Part shown: positions 7,179 through 15,939 of the stretch, piece by piece | Layout of the letters: every line of letters starts with the position of its first letter | How positions within the stretch are numbered: the first letter of the stretch is position 1 | Assembly (NCBI GenBank): GCA_944372115.1 | Contig: CALVYH010000005.1 | Location: 11,812-75,811, forward strand | Direction of reading: 5' to 3' | Length of the DNA stretch: 64,000 nt | DNA from: an uncultured Bacilli bacterium | GTDB taxonomy: Bacteria; Bacillota_I; Bacilli_A; RFN20; CAG-826 | Translations under genes and position numbers: made by a program | Notes under the pieces: generated by a model | Databases searched by the model: none | Seen by the model: only the letters and a program-made list of their open reading frames with translations | Told to the model about the DNA's origin: nothing

Positions 7179-9323
7179 ATGAAACCAAAAACAAAAATAC
7201 TAGTCTTAATAGTTACTGTTATTGCTTTTTGTAGTATTGTCGTAGCTACTCTTTTTGGTTTAAATACTCTTGGTGTTTTAAGACTTTTTGAAACTCCTAT
7301 TTCTATTAAAATTGAAGACTATACTACTACATATAATGCTGAAAAAGTTGAAGCGAATTTTCCTTATCAAATAACAAGTGGCGGTTTAATTTCTGGTGAT
7401 TCCATAGAAGTTACTACAAAAGAAGAAATAATAAATGCAGGAACCTATCAAAATGTTTTTGAAGTAAAAATTATTGATAGAAACGGACAAAATGTTTCAT
7501 CTTCATATGATATAAATATTGACATGGGTGAAATTGAAGTTTCGCCTATTGAAATAACATTACAAAGTGCAACCGCAGTTTTTCCAAATGATGGTGAAGT
7601 TCATAGTGATTTTGGTGTTTCTATTATTAAAGGTAGCCTTATAAATAACGATTATTTTGACTTTAGTAATTTTAAAGAATTTACTGTTAAAGGTTATCAT
7701 GAAAATAAATTTACTGCTAAAGTTTTTACAGAAGAAAATGAAGATGTAACATTTAATTATGATATAACTTATCAATATGGTTATATCATAATTACAGATC
7801 TTTCAGAAAGTGGCGAGAGTGGACCCTCTAGCGAAATTAATTATCCAGAAAAGGTTACTTCCGAAAGTGATATTCAGGGAGCTCCGGGAGCATTGAAAGA
7901 AGGAGATGGTGGTGAATATAAAGCTGGCGGAGAAAAAACTTTTGAAACTATTTTTAATTATACCCCTACAGTCGCTGGATCATCGTTTTTTAAAATCTCA
8001 AGCGATGGTGATTATACAAAAAAAGGTTGGAAAACTGCGCCAAAATATAAGTCAAAATATGGCGTAAATCCTCAAGAATTTATTACTGATTTATTAAGAA
8101 ATCATAAGGAAAGATATTTTTCTGGTTCATTAGAATATGTAAGTATTACTCAAAGAGACATGGATATTGTGCCTTGGCACCCTATTCTTAAATATAAACA
8201 AGTAACAGATACTTATTCAATTTCATCTGATTTAAAAAGTAAAACAATAAATACAGAAGGCTATATGTTTGATTATATAAAAGATTATAGTCTTTTAGAA
8301 AATACAACTTTTTCAAGTGAAGATTATGTTAACGAAGAAAAAGAATATAGAAAATTTGTTTATGATAATTATTTACAAATACCTGATTCTACTAAAACAT
8401 CGATTAATAATTATATAAATAAATATAATTTAAATACTGGGAATCTTTTATCAACTATAAATAAAATTATTGCCCATTTTAAGACGTACTTTTTATATGA
8501 TTATGAGGGATTTAAAGATTACTTAGAGGATGATGTCCTTGTCTCTTTTTTAGAAAAATATAAAGTAGGAGATTGTTCTAGATTTTCCGGTTCTGGGGTA
8601 TTAATGTTAAGAGCCATGGGTTATCCTGCTAGAAGAGTTGGCGGATATGGAGTTCCGGGTTATGCGGTAGGTAAAACTTATTCAGTCAATCCTTGGGCTG
8701 GCCATGCTATAGCTGAAGTTTATATTGATGGGAAAGGTTGGGTAGGCATTGAATTTACTGTTGCCGATTTAGCTCCTACTTGCGTCTATCCTCCTTCATG
8801 GGATGTTAGCGATAATGGAGAAGCTTATGATTTAATTCTTTCAACCGATGATATTGTTGAAGAATATAATGGCTCACCTGTTTCTAGTAATCAAAAATAT
8901 CTTTTAACTGGAGAGTTAAAAGATGGTGATTCTTTAGTAATTAACAATAATAACACTCTTTATAATTGTGGATATATTGATAATATTCCTAGTTATTTGA
9001 TTGTTGATTCTAATTTTAATGATGTTACGAGTAAATATAAGATTAAAGAAGATTTTGGTAAAATTGTAATGAATCAAAAAGATTTAACATTGGAAACAGA
9101 TAATGCGACTTTTTCTTATGATGGAAATGAGCACAATCCTACTTATAAGATAAGTGGGTTAGTAAATGGCGATAAAGTTGATAGCGTTGTAATTTATCCT
9201 GCAAAAGAGTTAGGAACTCATCTTTCAGTTGTAATAATAAATTCTATTAAAAATGCATCAGGAGAAGATGTTACAGCAAATTATAATATTACATATGTTT
9301 TTGGACATATAAGGGTGGAATAA
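7179..9323 (+). CDS. Membrane-anchored transglutaminase-like (Cys-His-Glu) protein flanked by MBG (YGX-type)-like repeats
   Basis: RBS AGGAGG lies upstream. The N-terminal signal anchor is ILVLIVTVIAFCSIVVATLFGL. The transglutaminase core is GDCSRFSGSGVLMLRAMGYPARRVGGYG (Cys466, 8574-8576), GHAIAEVYIDGKGW (His509, 8703-8705) and GIEFT (Glu525, 8751-8753). Repeats follow the pattern Y(D/N)G..GD..aGtYqN..NYdItY.yG.I.I. Confidence 0.75.
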   Translation: MKPKTKILVLIVTVIAFCSIVVATLFGLNTLGVLRLFETPISIKIEDYTTTYNAEKVEANFPYQITSGGLISGDSIEVTTKEEIINAGTYQNVFEVKIIDRNGQNVSSSYDINIDMGEIEVSPIEITLQSATAVFPNDGEVHSDFGVSIIKGSLINNDYFDFSNFKEFTVKGYHENKFTAKVFTEENEDVTFNYDITYQYGYIIITDLSESGESGPSSEINYPEKVTSESDIQGAPGALKEGDGGEYKAGGEKTFETIFNYTPTVAGSSFFKISSDGDYTKKGWKTAPKYKSKYGVNPQEFITDLLRNHKERYFSGSLEYVSITQRDMDIVPWHPILKYKQVTDTYSISSDLKSKTINTEGYMFDYIKDYSLLENTTFSSEDYVNEEKEYRKFVYDNYLQIPDSTKTSINNYINKYNLNTGNLLSTINKIIAHFKTYFLYDYEGFKDYLEDDVLVSFLEKYKVGDCSRFSGSGVLMLRAMGYPARRVGGYGVPGYAVGKTYSVNPWAGHAIAEVYIDGKGWVGIEFTVADLAPTCVYPPSWDVSDNGEAYDLILSTDDIVEEYNGSPVSSNQKYLLTGELKDGDSLVINNNNTLYNCGYIDNIPSYLIVDSNFNDVTSKYKIKEDFGKIVMNQKDLTLETDNATFSYDGNEHNPTYKISGLVNGDKVDSVVIYPAKELGTHLSVVIINSIKNASGEDVTANYNITYVFGHIRVE

Positions 9324-9326
9324 AAT

Positions 9327-12300
9327 ATGCTAACCGAAGTATATAAAAATAAAATTAAAAGATATTTAGCTTTTTATAAATTCATTTATAGATTTAGAAT
9401 CTTACTTATAATTTTAGCGTGTGTAATTGTAGGCGTTACATCTACATTATTATCATTAAAAGGTTTAGTAATCGATACATTGAAAATTAGCGATGTTCAA
9501 TATGGTGAAAAATTGACTTATTCATCAACAGGTCTTTTTGATAATTATATTCATTATGAATTTAAAAAAGATGGTTCTAATGAATGGAGTCAAAATGTTC
9601 CTAAATTAGTCGGAAAATATCAAATTCGTGGTGTTTCAAAAAATATTTTTGGAGGATTTTATTATGGAAAGCCTCAAAATTTTGAAATTAATCCAAAAAT
9701 TTGTGATGTAACTGTTTCTGAAAAAGTATCAACATATGGCGATATACCAACTATGAATTTTAATCTTTTGAGTGGAGATGAGATTGTTGATTTAAATTTT
9801 ACTTATAATAGTTATGGCGATAATTATGCAAACGTAAGTTTTGATAAAGATAGTGTTGTTGTAGTTAATAAAAGTGGTGAAGACGTTTCTTATTGCTACG
9901 ATTTTAATTTTGAAAATTCTTATGATTTAACATTAAAACCTAGAAATATTGTAGTTAAAGCAAGCGGTATTTATGAATACGACGGTGAAACTCATAATGT
10001 CGAAACTGTTGATTTAAAAAATGGAACTTTAGCTAATGGCGATAAAATTAGTTATGAAAATAGTGAAGGATTTGTTGATGGTGGAGTTCATGCTTCAAGG
10101 CCAAAAATAACAATTAAAGATAGACAAAATCGAGATGTTACTAAATTTTATGATATAGATTACAGTCACGATTCTACGATTGTAATAAATCCTAGAAAAA
10201 TCACTATAAAAACAGGTGATTTTTCTAAAACATATGATGGCAAGATTTATGAAGGAATTGTTTCTTTTTCTATAACTGAAGGAAGTTTGATTAATGGTGA
10301 TAGAATTGAATTAACTTATCCTAAATATATCAACGCAGGAAATTACCAAAATAAACCAACTTATACAATTTTTGATAAAGATGGTAAAAATAAGAGTTCA
10401 AATTATGCAGTTACTTTTGATTGTGGAAAATATATTATTAACCCAATTAAACTTACTTTGAATTTTAAGTATTTCGATAAAGTATATTCTGGGTGGATTG
10501 GGGATAATATGAATTTTTCTTATACAGGGAATCTTTTAGAAGGTCATGAAATTAGATTTTATGAAACATCTTCAGAAGCTATTAATACGTTGCACGTTGG
10601 AAAGCACGATAATTACTTAGGTGCTAAAGTATTTGATGCATCTGGAAAAGACGTGAGCATTAATTATGAAATAACTATTAAATCAAATTCGTACGAGGTT
10701 ACAAAAAGATCGATTACAATTAAAGCTCAAAGTTATACTTTTACTTATGATGGTACAAAAAAATATTGCCCTTTCTTTGATGTTGAAGGCGAATTAGGAG
10801 AACCAGATGAAATTTTGATTACGAAACTTACGACTGCCAGAAACGTAGGCGTATATGATAATATTTTAAAATTTGAAATAAAAAATAACTTATATGAAAC
10901 AGATGTAACAAATGATTATGACATTACTTTTATACCTGGAAAAATTACTATTTTAGAGGAAGATAAATCGCCTATAGATTTAGGTTTACCTGATAGTAAT
11001 ATTATGGGAGATGTTTTTCTAGGTCCTAATATGGGTAGTCTTGTCATGAAGTATACCGTTAAAAGTGGAAGTGCTGGTCAATTTTTAAGATCTATTAGTA
11101 CTGGTGTTTATGATAAAGACAGTTTTTTAATGGGGCCAAATTACACGCCTAGATATGGAGTAAATGTTATGGAATTTATTCCAGAATTATTAAAAAACAA
11201 GATGAAACCATTTGAAGGTGTATTAGATTACTATAGATTTGATAATAGAGGATTTGATTATGTTCCATATTATTCAGTGCTTTCAAAAACACAGAAATCA
11301 GATAATTATGTAATTGATTCAGATTTAAAAACTAAAAAAATCAATATAAAAGGTTACAATTTTGACTATGTAAGAGACCACGCCTTAATTGATAACGCAA
11401 CTTTTACGAATCAAGATTTTAAAAACGAAGAACGTGTATACTCAGATTTTGTTAAACAAAATTATCGTTCTTTACCTACTAATTTATTTAACATACTTGC
11501 CGACTATATTAGAGAAAATAATTTGGAAGGAAGAAATTTATTAGATTCTTTAAATAGAATTATAAAATTCTTTTCTGAAACTGGCGGATTTATTTATGAT
11601 ATGGGCGATTATGGAAATAGTACATCTGAAGAACCTATTATAAATTTCTTAACAAAGACAAGAACAGGAGTATGTAATATGTTTGCATCCTCTGGAGCAG
11701 CTTTATTAAGAGTTATGGGTTATCCAACAAGAGTTGTTTCTGGATATGGATTCTCAAGTGGTTCTAATGTAGGCGGTGTTTATAATGTGACTGGACCTGG
11801 ACATGCTTTATGTGAAGTATATGTTGATGGGAAAGGTTGGGTAACAGTTGAATTTACTGTTGCTCCTGTTGCAGAAGACTTATATTTGCCTCCTAAAGAT
11901 TCAGCTGGTGGTGATCCATTAGAAGACTCTTCGCTAGATCAAGATAATATAAATTATGATGAGATTCAGACTGGAGGTGCTGAAATAGATCCTAATGGTC
12001 AACAAGATGAAGAAGTAGATAATCCTGGACAAAGCGGAGATTCTGGAGAAAGCGATGATCCAACTGGCGATCCTCAACCAGGAGAAACTGAAGGAGAAGA
12101 AAAAGAGGATTACGATTTATACATATACGGAGATAGCGGAAGTTTTGAATATGATGGCAAGCCACATTCGGTCGATACGTATAATTTAGAAGGCGAGTTA
12201 AAAGATGGACATACGCTAGAAATATCTGGTGTTCCTTCTATAACAAAGGTTGGAATTATCAATAATAATTTTTCATATAATATTAAAGATGAATTTGGCA

Positions 12301-12617
12301 ATATTGTAACTGATCAATATAAGATTTATTTCTCTAAAGGTACAGTTTCAGTAACTAAAAGGATCTTAAAGATAAAAACAACTACAACTTCAACATCATT
12401 GTCTAGTTTAAGTTCTTTCTCTAATATTATTGAATCAATTGATGGATTAGCTCCGGGGGATAAAATTGTTGATAGAATAGATTTAATTTTAACCTCAACA
12501 AGTAAAGGAACATATCAAAACGTAGTAATAGTTTCTAAAATAGTTAATGAAAAAGGAGAGGATGTTACTTCTTGTTATGCTATAAACTATGATTATGGAA
12601 CAATAACATTAAATTAA
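9327..12617 (+). CDS. Large membrane-anchored transglutaminase-like protein with many MBG-like repeats and an acidic spacer (paralog of 7179-9323)
   Basis: The TM helix is ILLIILACVIVGVTSTLLSL. About 7 N-terminal and 2 C-terminal MBG-like repeats are visible (YEYDGETH...GD...NAGNYQN...NYAVTFDCGKYIINP). The core is GVCNMFASSGAALLRVMGYPTRVVSGYG (Cys783, 11673-11675), GHALCEVYVDGKGW (His826, 11802-11804) and VEFT (Glu842, 11850-11852). A D/E/G/P-rich spacer lies at about 11890-12135. Confidence 0.75.
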   Translation: MLTEVYKNKIKRYLAFYKFIYRFRILLIILACVIVGVTSTLLSLKGLVIDTLKISDVQYGEKLTYSSTGLFDNYIHYEFKKDGSNEWSQNVPKLVGKYQIRGVSKNIFGGFYYGKPQNFEINPKICDVTVSEKVSTYGDIPTMNFNLLSGDEIVDLNFTYNSYGDNYANVSFDKDSVVVVNKSGEDVSYCYDFNFENSYDLTLKPRNIVVKASGIYEYDGETHNVETVDLKNGTLANGDKISYENSEGFVDGGVHASRPKITIKDRQNRDVTKFYDIDYSHDSTIVINPRKITIKTGDFSKTYDGKIYEGIVSFSITEGSLINGDRIELTYPKYINAGNYQNKPTYTIFDKDGKNKSSNYAVTFDCGKYIINPIKLTLNFKYFDKVYSGWIGDNMNFSYTGNLLEGHEIRFYETSSEAINTLHVGKHDNYLGAKVFDASGKDVSINYEITIKSNSYEVTKRSITIKAQSYTFTYDGTKKYCPFFDVEGELGEPDEILITKLTTARNVGVYDNILKFEIKNNLYETDVTNDYDITFIPGKITILEEDKSPIDLGLPDSNIMGDVFLGPNMGSLVMKYTVKSGSAGQFLRSISTGVYDKDSFLMGPNYTPRYGVNVMEFIPELLKNKMKPFEGVLDYYRFDNRGFDYVPYYSVLSKTQKSDNYVIDSDLKTKKINIKGYNFDYVRDHALIDNATFTNQDFKNEERVYSDFVKQNYRSLPTNLFNILADYIRENNLEGRNLLDSLNRIIKFFSETGGFIYDMGDYGNSTSEEPIINFLTKTRTGVCNMFASSGAALLRVMGYPTRVVSGYGFSSGSNVGGVYNVTGPGHALCEVYVDGKGWVTVEFTVAPVAEDLYLPPKDSAGGDPLEDSSLDQDNINYDEIQTGGAEIDPNGQQDEEVDNPGQSGDSGESDDPTGDPQPGETEGEEKEDYDLYIYGDSGSFEYDGKPHSVDTYNLEGELKDGHTLEISGVPSITKVGIINNNFSYNIKDEFGNIVTDQYKIYFSKGTVSVTKRILKIKTTTTSTSLSSLSSFSNIIESIDGLAPGDKIVDRIDLILTSTSKGTYQNVVIVSKIVNEKGEDVTSCYAINYDYGTITLN

Positions 12618-12647
12618 ACTTATTGAAATAATACCCTCCATATAAAC

Positions 12648-12694
12648 TCATGCTTAATTATTTATCTTTAAATAGTAAGCATGACTTTTATTTT
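12648..12694 (+). terminator. Rho-independent terminator of the six-gene operon
   Basis: A 9-bp stem tcatgctta (12648-12656) / taagcatga (12676-12684) is followed by cttttatttt. Confidence 0.65.
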
Positions 12695-12742
12695 CTAGTT
12701 GAAAATAAAGTTCAAATAAGATTTAATAATTATCGGTTTGCT

Positions 12743-12823
12743 AGAGTGTCTATTATTAATATTAATAAAAATAAAATATTAATAATTCCCATGACTAACC
12801 ACTCTTAAAACAAAACAGGGGGA
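12743..12823 (+). promoter_or_regulatory. Candidate preQ1 riboswitch (class I-like P1 and A-rich tail) with an embedded AT-rich hairpin, upstream of queT
   Basis: P1 is AGAGUG (12743-12748) / CACUCU (12800-12805). The 3' part CUAACCACUCUUAAAACAAAACAGGGGG resembles known preQ1-I aptamers (B. subtilis ...CUACACCCUCUAUAAAAAACUAAGG; T. tengcongensis ...CCCCAGUUAACAAAACAAGG). The tail runs into the SD GGGGG (12818-12822), 13 nt before the ATG. A 12-bp hairpin is inserted at 12752-12763 / 12775-12786. Confidence 0.5.
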
Positions 12824-12835
12824 TATATTTTAATT

Positions 12836-13444
12836 ATGGAAAAAGTTAGTTCCAACGAAAAAAAGACTTTTCGTGAATCTTCAAAGTCTTTTTTTAAAGA
12901 TTTCTTTAGTGTAAAAATGATTACACTAAATGCATTTGTTGCTGCATTATATGCTGTATTAACTATTGTTTGTTATCCACTTTCTTATAGTTATATGCAA
13001 CTTAGATTTTCAGAATTATTAAATCTTTTAGTATTTTTTAATCCTTCATATACTTTAGGATTAACAATTGGTTGTTTATTATCAAATTTAATGTCTTCAG
13101 CAGGAATATTTGATATTACTTTAGGTACATTAGCAACATTTATTTCTTGCTTAATTATGATTTTATTTTCTAAATTAACTAAGAATTTATTTTTTAGTGG
13201 GTTAATTCCTTGTATTGTTAATGCTATTACAGTTCCTTTTATTATTTATTTAGCTTCAAGTGGAACAAGTGATGCCTTTAATTTAGAAGCTCCAATTTTC
13301 TTTATTATGGGAGGATGGACTTTTTTAGGTGAATTTATTGCAATAAATATTATTGGTTATAGTGTTTTTATGCTCTTGGCTAAAAAATATAAAGGATTTC
13401 AACAATTATTTAACGCAAATTATAATTTAGATTTTAAATGGTAA
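12836..13444 (+). CDS. queT: Queuosine precursor transporter QueT (ECF S-component-like)
   Basis: It is a 202-aa, roughly 5-6 TM protein with a QueT-like N-terminus (MITLNAFVAALYAVLTIVCYPLSYSYMQLRFSELLNLL). It sits directly upstream of tgt-queA-queH and downstream of the preQ1-like leader. Confidence 0.8.
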   Translation: MEKVSSNEKKTFRESSKSFFKDFFSVKMITLNAFVAALYAVLTIVCYPLSYSYMQLRFSELLNLLVFFNPSYTLGLTIGCLLSNLMSSAGIFDITLGTLATFISCLIMILFSKLTKNLFFSGLIPCIVNAITVPFIIYLASSGTSDAFNLEAPIFFIMGGWTFLGEFIAINIIGYSVFMLLAKKYKGFQQLFNANYNLDFKW

Positions 13445-13479
13445 AAATTTACCGATTAAGAAAATGGATAAATTTAATT

Positions 13480-13504
13480 GCTACCAAAATAATGGTAGCT
13501 TTTA
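13480..13504 (+). terminator. Terminator after queT
   Basis: A 7-bp stem gctacca / tggtagc with a 6-nt loop is followed by tttt. Confidence 0.55.
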
Positions 13505-13604
13505 AATTGCTTTTAAATAAAACATATTTAACTTTAAATGAAAGTATTATTAAATAAAAATCTAAAATAAATAAAATAATTACATTTAAAGCGAATATTT
13601 TTTT

Positions 13605-13657
13605 AAGCTCGTAGCATTCTTGAATATAAATATTCAGGGTGGGTTGAGCTTTTTTTA
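13605..13657 (+). terminator. Second hairpin plus T-run upstream of tgt (terminator or attenuator-like)
   Basis: The outer stem is aagctc / gagctt and the inner stem is tgaatat / atattca, followed by ttttttt. Its function is unknown. Confidence 0.3.
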
Positions 13658-13693
13658 TAAAATAAGCCCATCTTATTTTATATATATAATTAA

Positions 13694-14890
<1,197 letters not shown>

Positions 14891-14893
14891 TAT

Positions 14894-15919
14894 ATGGATA
14901 TCGAACTTTTTAATTACGATTTACCAGAAGAATTAATTGCGCAATCTCCTTCAAAAGAAAGAGATCATTGTAGGTTAATGGTTATTGATAAAACTAAAAA
15001 AACTTATGGAGATAAGCATTTTTATGACATTATAAATTATTTAAAACCTGGCGATGTTTTAGTTAGAAATAACACAAAAGTTATTCCAGCTAGAATTTTT
15101 GGAGTTAAAGAAGTTACTGGTGCTCATGTTGAAGTTTTACTTTTAAAAGATTTAGGTAATGATACTTATGAATGTTTATTAGGCAATGCTAAAGCTATAA
15201 AAGTAGGAAGCGTTATCGATTTTAATAACAAAATGAAAGCAACATGTTTAGAAGTGAAAGATGAAGGAATTAGAATTTTAAAATTTGAATATCAAGGAAT
15301 TTTCTTTGAAATATTAGATGAAATTGGAAATATGCCTCTTCCTCCTTATATTCATGAAAAAATTAAAGATAAGAATGACTATCAAACAGTTTATGCTAAA
15401 GTTGAAGGAAGTGCAGCAGCTCCTACAGCAGGTTTTCATTTTACAAATGAACTTTTTAATAAAATTAAAGAAATGGGAATCGAAGTTTATGATGTTACTT
15501 TAAATATTGGTTTAGGAACTTTTAGACCAGTAAAGGTGAAAGATACAAATGATCATCATATGCATAGCGAATATTATCAAATTAGTGAAAATGTTGCTTC
15601 TTCTTTAAATAAAGCAAAAAAAGAAGGAAGAAGAATTATTGCTATTGGTACAACTGTTGTAAGAACTTTAGAATCTAATTTTAATAAATTTAATGAATTT
15701 AAAGCAGATAAAGACAATACTTCTATTTTTATTTCACCAGGCTATCAATATAAAGCAATTGATTGTTTAATCACTAATTTTCATCTTCCTAAATCCACTT
15801 TAATTATGTTAGTTAGTGCTTTTATGGGAAGAGAATTTACTTTAGAGTGTTATAAACATGCAGTAGATGAAAAATATCGTTTCTTCTCGTTTGGAGATTC
15901 GATGTTTATTCATTCTTAA
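14894..15919 (+). CDS. queA: S-adenosylmethionine:tRNA ribosyltransferase-isomerase
   Basis: LFNYDLPEELIAQSP, MPLPPYI, AAPTAGFHFT and GTTVVRTLES are present. The product is 341 aa. Confidence 0.97.
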   Translation: MDIELFNYDLPEELIAQSPSKERDHCRLMVIDKTKKTYGDKHFYDIINYLKPGDVLVRNNTKVIPARIFGVKEVTGAHVEVLLLKDLGNDTYECLLGNAKAIKVGSVIDFNNKMKATCLEVKDEGIRILKFEYQGIFFEILDEIGNMPLPPYIHEKIKDKNDYQTVYAKVEGSAAAPTAGFHFTNELFNKIKEMGIEVYDVTLNIGLGTFRPVKVKDTNDHHMHSEYYQISENVASSLNKAKKEGRRIIAIGTTVVRTLESNFNKFNEFKADKDNTSIFISPGYQYKAIDCLITNFHLPKSTLIMLVSAFMGREFTLECYKHAVDEKYRFFSFGDSMFIHS

Positions 15920-15939
15920 AATAAGTACTTTTAAAATAT

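Noticed and set aside
3993-12301. Small antisense ORFs inside the operon genes: 3993-4178(-), 7560-7775(-) and 12110-12301(-).
   Set aside because: They are embedded in long, well-supported + strand CDSs and have no independent signals.
976-12617. Interpreting the locus as a conventional McrBC type IV restriction system.
   Set aside because: I found no PD-(D/E)xK or other nuclease domain in any of the six proteins. The McrB-like proteins carry TM helices where DNA-reader domains normally sit. The neighbours are extracellular proteins rather than R-M or defence genes.
15318-15503. A 61-aa alternate-frame ORF inside queA. Similar in-gene ORFs are 27438-27620, 28419-28622, 48127-48381, 52961-53209(-), 57745-57942(-) and 59517-59726.
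   Set aside because: They are wholly nested within well-supported genes, and there is no support for overlapping coding.
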